Of a stretch of 64,000 nucleotides of DNA, positions 22,874-36,284 are shown piece by piece. Position 1 is the stretch's first letter; each line of letters starts with the position of its first letter. The stretch comes from Scenedesmus sp. PABB004 (lineage: Eukaryota): NCBI GenBank assembly GCA_014905635.1, contig JABVCE010000020.1, positions 186,001 through 250,000 of the forward strand, read 5' to 3'. The translations under genes were made by a program, and so were the position numbers. Under the pieces are notes generated by a model. It saw nothing but the letters and a program-made list of their open reading frames with translations, did no database searches and was not told the origin of the DNA.

Positions 22874-25800
22874 ATGCCGCCCAACAGGGCGCTCAGCCGG
22901 CTGAAGAGCGTGGATTTTTACAAAAAAATCCCCAGGTGCGTGTGCAATGAACGCCTGACATCGCGTACGGCGCAGCAGCGGCGCCCGGCGGCGCCAGGGG
23001 GCGCGGGAATGGGGGGCAACTGGATGCGGCCCGCGATGGCCCCCGGCCCCCGGCGCGCTCGGCGCCGCAGCCGGGCCGCCGTGGCGCCCAGACCCTGACT
23101 CGGCCTCGTGTGCCGCGCCCTGGCCGCCCTCGCCGCGCCCAGCGACCTCACGGAGGCCACGCTCACGGGGGCATGGATTTCGATTGCTGCTGCCGTGCTC
23201 ATGGCGCTGCTGCTGGTGCTGGTGAGGAGCCGCGGGCCGCCACGGCCGGGGGCAGCAGCGACCGCGCGTCCTGGCGGCAGCCGGCGGGGTGCGGGCGCGC
23301 GCGCGCGCGCTGCGGGTGCCGCCAACCGCCGCGCGGGCGGCGGCCGCCGCCGCTGCGGGCGCGCAGGAGCTGTCGGCCTTCCTCAGCACGCAGACCACCA
23401 CGGAGCTGGTGGTGGACCGGAGCTCGCAGAACGACCTGCTCAAAGTCACGTTCAACATCAGGCGCGCCGCGCGGCCCGGCAAGAGGCGGCGCCGTGCGCT
23501 GCCGCCAGCGGCAGCGCGCGGCCCGCCCGGCCCGCTCGCGACGCCCCGTCCGCCGCGCCGCGCCGCGCCCGCAGCTTCCCCGCGCTGTCCTGCGAGTTTG
23601 CGACGCTGGACGTCAGTGACGCGCTGGGCACGGTGCGCGCGGGCCGCGGCGGCGCGAGCCCGGGGCGGCGGAGCCGCCGGGCAGCGGAGCCGCCCGGCGG
23701 CTGCAGCCGCGCGGCGGCTGCAGCGTCGGCGGCCAGCGCTGCATCTGGCGCAGCGGCCGCCGGCCGCCGGCGGGCCGGGCGCAGCAGGGGCCGCCGGCGC
23801 AGCGGCAGTCACCGGCGCGGGCTGAGCCCCGCCGCGCGCCCCGCCTGCCCTCCCTCCCCTCCCTCTCTCCCTCTCCCTCTCTCCCTCTCCCTCTCCCTCC
23901 CCCCCTAAACCCTCTCCCTCTCCCTCCCCTGTAACCCCCGCAGAAGCGCATGAACCTGACCAAGACGGTGCGCAAGGCGCCGATCGACCTCAACCTTGAG
24001 CGTACTGGCGCGGCGTACGAGGACGCGGACCACCCGCAGCCAAAGTACGACGACGAGGACATGTGGGTGAGTGCTGCCGGCGGAGGAGGACACCAGGGGG
24101 GCGCGGCAGCGCGCCCGACGCGGCGCGGCGGCGGGGCCCGCGCGCCGGCGCGAGCCCCGCGCGGCGCCCCTCCCCCCCCCCCGCTCACGTCACCCCGCCC
24201 GCCCTCCCCCGCCCGCCCCGCACCCCCACCACCGCCACGCCCGCCACCACCACCACCACCACCACCACCGCCCCGCCCCCCGCGCCAGTGGGACCACCTG
24301 GACCTCACGCAGCCGATCAACCACGAAAACTTCATGCAGACGCTCAACCGCTACCCAATCGTGGTCGTCAACTTCTACGCGGTGCGCCGCGGGTCAGCGG
24401 GGCAGCGGGGGGGGGGGGGGGCAGCGGGGCGGAGGGTGGGGCGGAGAGGGCGCGGCGGGGCGGACAGTGGAGGCGGGGGGCGCGGCGGAGGGTGGGGCGG
24501 TGCGCGGGCGGAGGGTGCGGAGGGCGGCGGAGGACGCGGCGCAGCGGCGACGCGCGCACCGCCCCGCGCCGCCGCGCCGCGCCCGCAGCCGTGGTGCCAC
24601 TGGTGCCAGCGGCTCGAGCCCGCGTGGGAGGCGGCGACCAAGGAGGTGCACGAAAAGTACCCAGAGGCGACCGACGGCCGCATCCGCTACGCCAAGGTGG
24701 GCTTAGGGTTCAAGGGTTGAGGGCTGGGTGTAGACGGCGCCGCGCCGCTCCTGCCTCAGCGGGCCCCGAGCGCGCCGCATCCCTGACGACCACGGACGCC
24801 CCCCGGCAACGCCCCGCGCCCCACCGCGCCGCCGCGCCCAACGCCCCATCGCGCCTCCGCGCCCCGCGCCCCACCGCGCCGCCGCGCCCCGCGCCCCGCG
24901 CCCCACCGCGCCGCCGCGCCCCGCGCCGCGCTCCCCGCAGGTCGACTGCACGGCCGAGGTGGACCTGTGCCGCACGCACTTTATCACCGGCTTCCCATCG
25001 ATCCGCGTCTTTCGCCGCGCGCACGACGACATCTACCTCCAGGCGGGTCCCGCCGGGGGCCGAGCACGCCACGTGCGCACGTGTCACACGCACACACAAC
25101 TGACGCGCCCACCCCACGCGCACCACACGCCCGCCGCACACGCCCACCGCACACACGCACCACACACGCCCGCCACACGCCCACCGCACACACGCACGCC
25201 GACACGCGCCAACGCGCACCACACACGCCCGCCGCGCACGCCAACGCGCGCCAACGCGCACGCCCCCCCCCCCCCCCCGCCTCCCCGCGCCGCCGCGCAG
25301 GGGCACCACGAGCACGAGGCCTACATGGGCGACCGCACCAAGGAGGCGCTCGTCGCGTTTGCCGACTCGCTCGTCCCCAGCTCGGGCCAGCCGCACCTGC
25401 GGCACGGGCAGCTCAAGGCCGCGCCGCGCACGCCGGGCTGCAACGTCAACGGTGCGGCGATCCACGTGCTGCGCGCCCCCGCGCGCGCTGGCGCACACGT
25501 GCTCGCGCACACGCGCCGCCCCACGCCCACACACAAACCCACAAACACACAACGCGCGCTGCGCCGCGCCCGCGCCCGTGCGCCCGCCTCAGGCTTTGTG
25601 CTGGTGAAGAAGGTCCCCGGCACGCTGCACTTTACGTCGCGCGCCGAGGGACACAGCTTTGACCACGCCTGGATGAACATGACACACGCCGTGCACGGGC
25701 TCTACTTTGGTGCGGCGCCACACGTCGCCGCCTGGTCCCGTCGCCGCCGCCCGGCCGCCGCCGCACCCGCCGCCGCCGCCTGGCCGCCGCCGCCGCTACC

Positions 25801-27165
25801 TGGCCGCCGCCCGCGCCTGCGCCCGGTTTGCCGCCGGCCCGGCGCGACGACGCGCCTGCGTCCACACTGCGCGCGCAGGCACGCGGCCGACGCCGCGCAT
25901 GCTGTACGAGCTCAAGAAGCTCCACCCGCTCGGCCTCAGCCCCGAGTGGCTCGACAAGCTGCACGGCCAGCAGTTCTTCAGCGAGCACCCGCAGGCGCGC
26001 GGCGGCGCAACGCGGCGCCGCCGCGCTGCGCCGCGGCGCCCGCCCCCCGCGGCGCCGCCGCCTGACCGCGCACTCCCTCCCGCCCCCGCCACACGCACGC
26101 GCACACGCGCATGCACACGCACACACGCACACGCGTACACACACACGCACACACGCACGCAGCACACGCACGAGCACTACCTGCAGGTCGTGCTGACCTC
26201 GATCCTGCCCAAGGGCGCGCGGCGGGGCGCCGGCTACGACGCGTACGAGTACATCGCGCACAGGCGCGGGCGGGGCTCAGGGGGCTCAGGGGGCTCGCGG
26301 CTTAGGGCTTGGGGGGGCCGGGGCCGAGAGAGAGGCTGGGGAGGGCGGAGGCCGCCCTGCGCGGACCCGCGGCCCGCGCGACACGCCCCCGCGGCGCGGC
26401 GCGTGACGCGTCCGCCGCGTCCGCCGCGTGCGCGTCCGCGCGCGCGTCCGCGTGCGCGCAGCCACACGTACATGTCGGACAACCAGCCGACCGCCAAGTT
26501 CACGTACGACCTCTCGCCCATCCAGGTGCGCGCCGCCGACGCCGCCGACGCGCCCGCCGCGCGCGCCCCGCCGCCGCGCCGCCGCGGCGGCCGGGGGGGG
26601 GGGGGCGGCCGGCCGCTCGAGGCGTGGCGGCTGCGTCCGGGCCGGCCCGCCCGCGGTGCATCAAGCCCTGCCCGCAGTTCCCTAAACCCTGCCCGCGCGC
26701 TGCGCGCAGGTGGTGGTGCGGGAGCAGCCCAAGGCGCTCTACCACTTCCTCACGACCCTCTGCGCGTGCGTGCGACGCGCGCTGCGCGTGCTGCGCGCCG
26801 CCCTGCGCCGCCCCGTGCTGCCGCGCACCCCCGCACCCCCGCTCTCGCGCTCTCGCGCTCACGCGCCCCACACGCGCCCACACGCGCCGCGCAGCATCAT
26901 CGGCGGCGTCTTCACGGTCGCCGGCATCCTGGACAGCCTGCTCTACGCTGGCTTCAAAATGTGAGCAGTCAGTCAGCCAGCCAGTCAGTCAGCTCTGGGG
27001 CCTTGTGCGTTCGCGCGAGCTCGGGGCGCGCCCTTGCGACCGCCCGCGCCGCGCCCGAGCCGTGGGCGCGGGCGCCGGCGGCCCGCCGACCGCTGGGCGC
27101 CGCCGCCCGCGCGCCCGCCCGCCGCGCGCAGGGCGAAGAAGGTGGAGCTGGGCAAGCAGGGATGA
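22874..27165 (+). CDS. PDI-C / PDIL5-4-type protein (Erv41/Erv46 ERGIC domains with inserted thioredoxin, WCHWC); about 15 introns
   Basis: LKSVDFYKKIPRDLTEATLTGA, FPALSCEFATLDVSDALG, VVVNFYAPWCHWC, FITGFPSIRVFR, HEHEAYMGDRT, GCNVNGFVLVKKVPGTLHF, HEHYLQVV, AKFTYDLSPIQV, FLTTLCAIIGGVFTVAGI, KKVELGKQG*. Confidence 0.93.
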
Positions 27166-27197
27166 CGGCTGCCACACGGATCCAGGTTGAGGGTCTT

Positions 27198-30100
27198 CCG
27201 CAGGGGGCTGGGCTGGCGGGCGGGTCAGCAGCGCGCGGGCTGCTGCGGGGCGGGTGGCGGTGGCGAGCGGCCGCGCGGCGCGGGGGCGCGCGGCCGCGGC
27301 CGCGAGCGCCGTGAGTGCGGAGGGACCCTGAACTGCGCCCTGCCGGTGCGAACATGGCCGGTCGCCGCGCCGCCCGCTCGCGAGGGCGGCGGCCGCTGAA
27401 GCGCGGCGCGCCGCGGTCGGCAGAGCAACGGGCAGGCCGGGCCTCGCCACACCACTGGCTCGCTGAGGCACCGCCGCGCCGCTGGCAGGCCGTCGGAATA
27501 GCTAGGCCGTCGGATAGCGCTCTGCGAGGGGCCCGAGACGCGCCGCCCCTGATGGCCGGCGCACCGGCCGCGATGCTCGTGGCGATGGCCCTGCTGGCGC
27601 TGGTGGTCGGGTCGGGAGCCGCAGGTGCGTCGCGGCCCGCGAGACGCTCGGCATCGACGCCCATGCCGCTGCGCACGCGCCGCGCCCCTGCGCCTGAGCA
27701 CAAGCCGACACGACTGCTCGGCCACAGGCACGCTGCAGGACGCGCTCTCGACCGCGGCCAGCGGCAGCCCCGTTGCGAGCGCCGCCGCCGCCGCTGCTGC
27801 TGCTGCTCCCGGTGACGCCGGCGACTGCCAGCCCGGGGAGGTCGACCAGCCCATGCAGCTGCTGCATGGTGAGGGGGCGGTCGAGCCAGAGGCGCACGGG
27901 CGGCGAGCGCGACGTCACCGGCTGGCAGCGGCGCGCAGCGCGGTGGCCGTTGAGCTGGTTGTGCCAGCGCTGATCGGCCGCGCGGCTAGGGCTCACACCG
28001 CGCCGCCACCGCAGGGATGTCCTCTGAGCCGTCGCCTGCCAAGGTGCCCATCCCGCCCCTGCCCCAGGGCGAGCGGCCCAACATCCTGCTGATCGTTACA
28101 GATGACCAGGTGCGGGGTCTGGCGCGCGGCGAGCGCAGCGGCGCGGCGCCCTGGCCCACCGCCCACCGGCGCAATCCGCTGCGCGCGCCCCTGTGGCCAG
28201 GGCTACGATGACATTGGGATGCACAACCCGGCCTGGGTGAACACGCCGCACCTCGACGCATTCATGCGTGCCGGCACGCGCTTTGACAACTTTTACACCG
28301 CGCCCCAGGTCGGCACAGGCGGCGGCTAACCGCCCGTGCGGCGCAGGCTGCGCGTCGCAGGCAGCCCGGGCATGGCGGCAGGCGCACGCGCGCCGTCCAA
28401 CCCACCCGACCGCTGCCGCCGCCCGCCTCTGCGCCGCCTGGCCGCCCGCCCGCGTGCCGAGTGCAGTGCGCGCAGACACGTGCCGAGCTGCTCACGGGGC
28501 GCAACCACGCACGCACTGGCGTGCTGCTGGTGCATGCGGGTGCGCGGCGGGCGGCCGCACTGCGACTGTGGATCCGGCAGCGCCTGCGGTCTCGGGCGCT
28601 GCGCGGCGGCGCCTCGCGGGCCTGGGGGCTGTCGGCCGCCCCGCGCCGGGACGCACGGCACGACTCTGCCCTGCCCCTTCCACCCCCTCACCCTTTGCCA
28701 GGCTACGACTTTGTGAGCCGCGACGAGGTCACTGGCGCGGAGCTCCTGCGGCGCGCCGGCTACAAGACCGCGCACTTTGGCAAGTTTCACAACCAACAGA
28801 TTGATGGTTACATGCCGTGGCAGATAGGGTATGACAGCGTTTGGGTGCCCGGTCTCACTGCTGCCAACGCCAGCTTCCTGACCCACAATGGCAGGGTTGA
28901 GCAGGCGGCTCGCGGCATGCCAGACGACGTGATGGCAGACAAGCTGGTCAGCTACATCGCCGACGCTGCTGCCAACACCACGGCGCAGCCGTTCTTTGCG
29001 ACGTTTGCGACCCACGGCATGCATTTGAGCCGCTACCCTGGGTTTGGTCGTCGAGCGTTCAGGTTCTTTCCGGAGCGATACAACACCAAGTATCACAGCA
29101 GGCAGGCCGCACGCGTGCCCGCAGCGTGCGCCAGGCGCTGGCGCCGCCTGCCGCCCGGCGCCGCTGCCTGCCCCACGCTGGCCGCGACCGCCCCGCTCAC
29201 ACCGCGTCGTCGCCTGTGCCCGCGCGCCTCTGCCCGCGCGCAGCGCCAAGTACCGCTCCTTTGCAAAGGACACCCGCGACGTGCGCCTGCGCGGCTGGCA
29301 TGGGGACCAGGGCTCTCAGCTCTGGGCGCCCGGCCGCGCGCTCTGGCCTGCCCTCGCACGCGCGCAGCGCTGACCCGCGCCCTCCGGCTGCCTCGCCGGC
29401 GCCAGGTGTTTGCCATGGCCAACTACCTGGACAGCGTGCTCGGCAAGGTGCTGCGCGCGTTGGACGACACAGGCTTGGCCAAGGTGCGCGCTGCCGCCGC
29501 TGTGCTGCTGCTGCTGCAGCCTGCAGCTGAGCCAGGTCTGCGGCGCGGCAGTGCGTGTGGCGCCCACGGCGGGTCTCACGTGCGCCCGCCCGCGCAGCGC
29601 ACGCTGGTGCTAGTGCTGGGAGACAACGGCAGCTCCCTGACAGATTCACAGCGAAACAACGCCAGAGAGCGCGCGGTGAGCGCGGGAGGGCCGCTGCTGG
29701 CGCCGCACAAGGCAGGCCTTTGCTGCGTGCCTGGCGCCTCACGCCCGCCACCGCCGCCGCCGCGGCTGCAGGCCCGCATGCCGTCGAAGATGGTGGGCGA
29801 GAAGGACTGGGTGTGGGAGGGCGGCGTGCGCGGCTGGCTGGCCGCGCGCGGGCCCGGCGTGCCGGTCGGCGCGGTGGACAGCACGCTGCTGTACACGCCC
29901 GACATTGTGCCCACGCTGCTGGACCTCGCGCGCGCACGCTCGCCTGCCGGCGGCCCAAACCTGCCGGCGTTTGACGGCAAAAGCTTTGCGGCCCACCTGA
30001 GGCCAGCGTCGGCCGTGCAGCACGCCGCGCCGCCCGCGGGCCGGTTTGACGCCCGCACGCTGTTCTTCCTGTCACCTCACTGCTGGGACGCAGATGCGGT

Positions 30101-33100
30101 CCCGCAGCTCGGGCCCGACAGGCGCGTGCTGCGGCCACAGCCGCTGCTGGACTTTGACACCGGCGGCGTGGTGAACGCGCATGAGAGCGAGTACATGATG
30201 CTTGTTAAGCAGCAGCGCGGCGGCGCGCCCCCTGGCTTTGCGCGCTGCATTGCGGTGCGGCACAAGGACTTCAAGCTCCAGGGCCACGACGGCAAGGTCT
30301 ATCGCCTGCCCGGCGCCTCCCGCGTGGAGCTCGGCTGCAATGAGGTGACCGGGCCGCTGCGCGCGCGCCTCACGGCGGAGCTGGGCGCCGCCGCACGTGC
30401 ATGGTGGGCGGGGCTGGTCGAGGGCGCGGACAGCCACGCATTCGCCAAGCCCGTGTTCTATTTGGGCTTCCGCGTCCGCGGGACCAGCATCTTGGCGGCG
30501 GCTGCCCACGAGCGCACACCCAAGTCCATCGTGCTGCTGCCCAACGGCGCGCGCGGCTTTGTGGACCCTGGCGACCGCATGTGCTGGGCCGCGATGGTGC
30601 GCGCGCGTGCTCGGGGCCCCTGCGGCCCCGCCGCCGGCCGCCCGCCAGCCCGCGGCGCGCGTGGCACCACCGCCGCGGCGGCCGCCACGCAGGTGTCCAA
30701 GGCTGGGACCTACAGTTTCAGCGCGCTGCACCTGAGTGCCGCGGCGGCGCGCTTCAGGCTGTCGCTTGGGCCGTTCGCCGCCATCGCCGATGGCTCCGCG
30801 CCGGCGGTCGAGGCCAAGCTGCCGCGCACGGTGCGCGCAGCCCCTACTCGGGCCCCTGCTTGTGCGTGCGTGGTCGCCTGACGCGCCGCCTCGACCTTCC
30901 CCCCCCCCCCCCCCCCGCCTGCGCAGACGGTGGTGAACGGCACGGAGCTTGGCCAGCTCGAGCTGCAGCCAACGGCGGGCCCCGTTGACCTCTGCCTCGA
31001 GTTGGTGACCACCACGTCGCCCGGCCGTCCCGTGCTCAAGTTTTTTGGGGCGCTGCAATCATATCTGGTCCCACACACGCCGCAGAGCAGCAGCCTTGCA
31101 CGCTCGACGGCTGCGGGTGTGGCGGTGGACGACGCCGCTGCGGACGGCCCCGCGGTCGACAGCGCTGCGGTCGACAGCGCCACTGTGGCTGCGTGGGCGG
31201 CGCTGCGGCACGCCAACGGCGTGCCAGACGGCCAGCCGGAGCTGCTCGGTGCCAACATGTACTCGCCGTACGACGCCGAGGGCATCGACGCGTGCGACGC
31301 GTGCAAGCCGCCCGTTTGAGGCACGGCAGCGCTGCTTGCATGTGCCTTGCATGCTGTGCGCGGCGCTCGGACGGTGCAGCAGCATGTTGCGCGCGCACGG
31401 GCGTCTGGCGCAGAGGCTCGTCAAGGACTGTGCATGGCGCTGGACCACCGCCGCTGACTGCGCGCATGTGCTGCCAGTGGGCGACCACCACGCCAAACTT
31501 TCATGTCGGCGGCGCTTCTCCTGCAGGATTGGCTTGGATTTTGACCGGCCGCACACGACTATATGCAGCGCACATCTCTGTGTGAGCAGATGCAGCGCTG
31601 GCCGACTCGTCGCAGGCACGCCCCAGGCGATTTGATGCGTTTGACACTCTGTCACGTTGCATGGCTGCTGTTGTTTGGTCCATGTCGGGCGGCGCACGTT
31701 CTGCTGCGGTTGAGCCACCTTAAACCGGGCACGCCGCTGCCAAGACTGCCGGGTGGGGGTGCGAGCGAGCGTCGGCGCTCCCCCTGTTTGAACGTTCCGG
31801 CTCCGGCCGACCTGCACTGCCACGCGGGCTGCACCACCAACCTTGTGCCTAGGCACGGAGCGTAGTATGACTGCTAGAGCAGCTGGGCATGATCCAGCAT
31901 TTACTACGCATTTACACGCAGGCCGGCTCCGACGTCGTACTGCGCCCTGTTCAGACGTGACGGCTGCATGGACGGCGGGGCCCGCAGCAGCTCGCAGGGC
32001 GGCATGGGTCGGGCTGGGCTGGTAAAGGCGGCCAGGGGCGGGCGTGACGGCGCAGGGGGCTGGGCTGGCGGGCGGGTCAGCAGCGCGCGGGCTGCTGCGG
32101 GGCGGGGTGGCGGTGGCGAGCGGCCGCGTGGCGCGGGGGCGCGCGGCCGCGGCCGCGAGCGCCGTGAGTGCGGAGGGACCCTGAACTGCGCCCTGCCGGT
32201 GCGAACATGGCCGGTCGCCGCGCCGCCCGCTCGCGAGGGCGGCGGCCGCTGAAGCGCGGCGCGCCGCGGTCGGCAGAGCAACGGGCAGGCCGGGCCTCGC
32301 CACACCACTGCTGGCTCGCTGAGGCACCGCCGCGCCGCTGGCAGGCCGTCGGAATAGCTAGGCCGTCGGATAGCGCTCTGCGAGGGGCCCGAGACGCGCC
32401 GCCCCTGATGGCCGGCGCACCGGCCGCGATGCTCGTGGCGATGGCCCTGCTGGCGCTGGTGGTCGGGTCGGGAGCCGCAGGTGCGTCGCGGCCCGCGAGA
32501 CGCTCGGCATCGACGCCCATGCCGCTGCGCACGCGCCGCGCCCCTGCGCCTGAGCACAAGCCGACACGACTGCTCGGCCACAGGCACGCTGCAGGACGCG
32601 CTCTCGACCGCGGCCAGCGGCAGCCCCGTTGCGAGCGCCGCCGCCGCCGCTGCTGCTGCTCCTCCTGGTGACGCCGGCGACTGCCAGCCCGGGGAGGTCG
32701 ACCAGCCCATGCAGCTGCTGCATGGTGAGGGGGCGGTCGAGCTCACGACGCACGGGCGGCGAGCGCGCAGCGCGGTGGCCGTTGAGCTGGTGTGCCAGCG
32801 CTGGCGGTCGGCCGCGCGGCTAGGGCTCACACCGCGCCGCCACCGCAGGGATGTCCTCTGAGCCGTCGCCTGCCAAGGTGGCCCATCCCGCCCCTGCCCC
32901 AGGGCGAGCGGCCCAACATCCTGCTGATCGTTACAGATGACCAGGTGCGGGGTCTGGCGCGCGGCGAGCGCAGCGGCGCGGCGCCCTGGCCCACCGCCCA
33001 CCGGCGCAATCCGCTGCGCGCGCCCCTGTGGCCAGGGCTACGATGACATTGGGATGCACAACCCGGCCTGGGTGAACACGCCGCACCTCGACGCATTCAT

Positions 33101-36100
33101 GCGTGCCGGCACGCGCTTTGACAACTTTTACACCGCGCCCCAGGTCGGCACAGGCGGCGGCTAACCGCCCGTGCGGCGCAGGCTGCGCGTCGCAGGCAGC
33201 CCGGGCATGGCGGCAGGCGCACGCGCGCCGTCCAACCCACCCGACCGCTGCCGCCGCCCGCCTCTGCGCCGCCTGGCCGCCCGCCCGCGTGCCGAGTGCA
33301 GTGCGCGCAGACACGTGCCGAGCTGCTCACGGGGCGCAACCACGCACGCACTGGCGTGCTGCTGGTGCATGCGGGTGCGCGGCGGGCGGCCGCACTGCGA
33401 CTGTGGATCCGGCAGCGCCTGCGGTCTCGGGCGCTGCGCGGCGGCGCCTCGCGGGCCTGGGGGCTGTCGGCCGCCCCGCGCCGGGACGCACGGCACGACT
33501 CTGCCCTGCCCCTTCCACCCCCTCACCCTTTGCCAGGCTACGACTTTGTGAGCCGCGACGAGGTCACTGGCGCGGAGCTCCTGCGGCGCGCCGGCTACAA
33601 GACCGCCCACTTTGGCAAGTTTCACAACCACAACATTGATGGCTACATGCCGTGGCAGATAGGGTATGACGACGCATGGATTCCTGGCCTGACCTCTGCC
33701 AACGCCAGCATCCTGACCCACAATGGCCAGTTTGACGAGCAGGGCCGCGGCATGCCCGACGATGCAATAGCAGACAAGCTGGTCAGCTACATCGCCACCG
33801 CTGCTGCCAACACCACGGCGCAGCCGTTCTTTGCGACGTTTGCGACCCACGGCATGCATTTGAGCAACTTTCGTGCTTGGGGGGACCAACCGTTCAGGTT
33901 TTATCCTACGCGATACAACACCAAGTATCACAGCAGGCAGGCTGCACGCGTGCCCGCGTGTGTGCCGGGCGCCAGGCGCTGGCGCCGCCTGCCGCCTGGC
34001 GCCGCTGCCCTACGCTGGCCGCTACCGCCCCGCTCACACCGCGTCACCGTCTCTGCCGGCGCACCTCTGCCCGCGCGCAGCGCCAAGTACCGCTCCTTTG
34101 CAAAGGACACCCGCGACGTGCGCCTGCGCGGCTGGCATGGGGACCAGGGCTCTCAGCTCTGGGCGCCCGGCCGCGCGCTCTGGCCTGCCCTCGCACGCAC
34201 GCAGCGCTGACCCGCGCCCTCCGGCCGCCTCGCCGGCGCCAGGTGTTTGCCATGGCCAACTACCTGGACAGCGTGCTCGGCAAGGTGCTGCGCACGTTGG
34301 ACGACACAGGCTTGGCCAAGGTGCGCGCTGCCGCCGCTGTGCTGCTGCTGCTGCAGCCTGCAGCTGAGCCAGGTCTGCGGCGCGGCAGTGCGTGTGGCGC
34401 CCACGGCGGGTCTCACGTGCGCCCGCCCGCGCAGCGCACGCTGGTGCTAGTGCTGGGAGACAACGGCAGCTCCCTGACAGATTCACAGCGAAACAACGCC
34501 AGAGAGCGCGCGGTGAGCGCGGGAGGGCCGCTGCTGGCGCCGCACAAGGCAGGCCTTTGCTGCGTGCCTGGCGCCTCACGCCCGCCACCGCCGCCGCCGC
34601 GGCTGCAGGCCCGCATGCCGTCGAAGATGGTGGGCGAGAAGGACTGGGTGTGGGAGGGCGGCGTGCGCGGCTGGCTGGCCGCGCGCGGGCCCGGCGTGCC
34701 GGTCGGCGCGGTGGACAGCACGCTGCTGTACACGCCCGACATTGTGCCCACGCTGCTGGACCTCGCGCGCGCACGCTCGCCTGCCAGCGGCCCAAACCTG
34801 CCGGCGTTTGACGGCAAAAGCTTTGCGGCCCACCTGAGGCCAGCGTCGGCCGTGCAGCACGCCGCGCCGCCCGCGGGCCGGTTTGACGCCCGCACGCTGT
34901 TCTTCCTGTCACCTCACTGCTGGGACGCAGATGCGGTCCCGCAGCTCGGGCCCGACAGGCGCGTGCTGCGGCCACAGCCGCTGCTGGACTTTGACACCGG
35001 CGGCGTGGTGAACGCGCATGAGAGCGAGTACATGATGCTTGTTAAGCAGCAGCGCGGCGGCGCACCCCCTGGCTTTGCGCGCTGCATTGCGGTGCGGCAC
35101 AAGGACTTCAAGCTCCAGGGCCACGACGGCAAGGTCTATCGCCTGCCCGGCGCCTCCCGCGTGGAGCTCGGCTGCAATGAGGTGACCGGGCCGCTGCGCG
35201 CGCGCCTCACGGCGGAGCTGGGCGCCGCCGCACGTGCATGGTGGGCGGGGCTGGTCGAGGGCGCGGACAGCCACGCATTCGCCAAGCCTGTGTTCAACCT
35301 GGGCTCTGATGATGTCTTGGGGACCAGCATCTTGGCGCCTGGTGCCCACGAGCGCACACCCCAGTCCATCGTGCTGCTGCCCAACGGCGCGCGCGGCTTT
35401 GTGGACCCTGGCGACCGCATGTGCTGGGCCGTGACAGTGCGCGCGCGTGCTCGGGGCCCCTGCGGCCCCGCCGCCGGCCGCCCGCCAGCCCGCGGCGCGC
35501 GTGGCACCACCGCCGCGGCGGCCGCCACGCAGGTGTCCAAGGCTGGGACCTACAGTTTCAGCGCGCTGCACCTGAGTGCCGCGGCGGCGCGCTTCAGGCT
35601 GTCGCTTGGGACATTTGCTGCTATCGTCGATGGCTCCGCGCAGGCGGTCGAGGCCAAGCTGCCGCACACGGTGCGCGCAGCCCCTGCTCGGGCCCCTGCT
35701 TGCGCGTGCGTCGTGGTCGCCTGACGCGCCGCCTCGCCCTGCCTCGCGCCCGCCTGAGCAGACGGTGGTGAACGGCACAGAGCTTGGCCAGCTCGAGCTG
35801 CAGCCGACGGCGGGCCCCGTTGACCTCTGCCTCGAGCTGGTGACCACCACGTCGCCCGGCCGTCCCATGCTCAAGTTTTTTGGGGCGCTGCAAGCTTATC
35901 GAATGAAGGTTGAGGCACCGAGCGGTGGCCTTGCACACTCGGTGGCCGCGGGTGCGGCGGTCGACAGCGCCGCCGCGGACGGCGCTGCGGTTGACAGCGC
36001 TGCGGTCGACACTGCATCTGCGGCTGCGTGGGTGGCGCTGCGGCGCGCCAACGGCGTGCCAGACGGCCAGCCGGAGCTGCTCGGTGCCAACATGTACTCG

Positions 36101-36153
36101 CCGTACGACGCCGAGGGCATCGACGCGTGCGACGCGTGCAAGCCGCCCGTTTG
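27198..36153 (+). repeat. Recent tandem duplication of a ~4.1-kb sulfatase cassette (27198-31318 and 32052-36153)
   Basis: Upstream sequence and most introns are letter-for-letter identical. Homology begins at GCAGGGGGCTGGGCTGG and ends at the stop codon. Confidence 0.95.
27552..31319 (+). CDS. Sulfatase copy 1: secreted formylglycine-type (S1) sulfatase with a C-terminal beta-sandwich-like domain; spliced
   Basis: Signal peptide MAGAPAAMLVAMALLALVVG; RPNILLIVTDDQ/GYDD; TPHLD; CAQTRAELLTGR; AGYKTAHFGKFH; ATHGMH; YLDSVLGKVL; LGDNG; GEKDWVWEGGVR; DIVPTLLDLA; FDGKSF. Confidence 0.9.
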
Positions 36154-36154
36154 A
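32408..36154 (+). pseudogene. Sulfatase copy 2 with a +1 frameshift before the catalytic domain (pseudogene or assembly error)
   Basis: AAGGTGGCCCATC at ~32875-32887 versus AAGGTGCCCATC in copy 1. The shifted frame stops at about 32938. The remaining exons are open. Confidence 0.75.
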
Positions 36155-36284
36155 CCTGCTAGCGGGCGAAAGTGCAGTGCCAAGCTGACCCCGCGCGACG
36201 AGCAAGTTGGCTGCACACAAGGCCGCAAGTTGGTCCGCCTTACCAACAGTTTGTAGGGCGGGGGAAAGGTTTTTTTGCATGCCA

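Noticed and set aside
31845..31856. Perfect 12-bp palindrome GTGCCTAGGCAC between sulfatase copies 1 and 2
   Set aside because: Only one occurrence was noticed and it is not at the duplication boundary (~32052), so it is compatible with chance.
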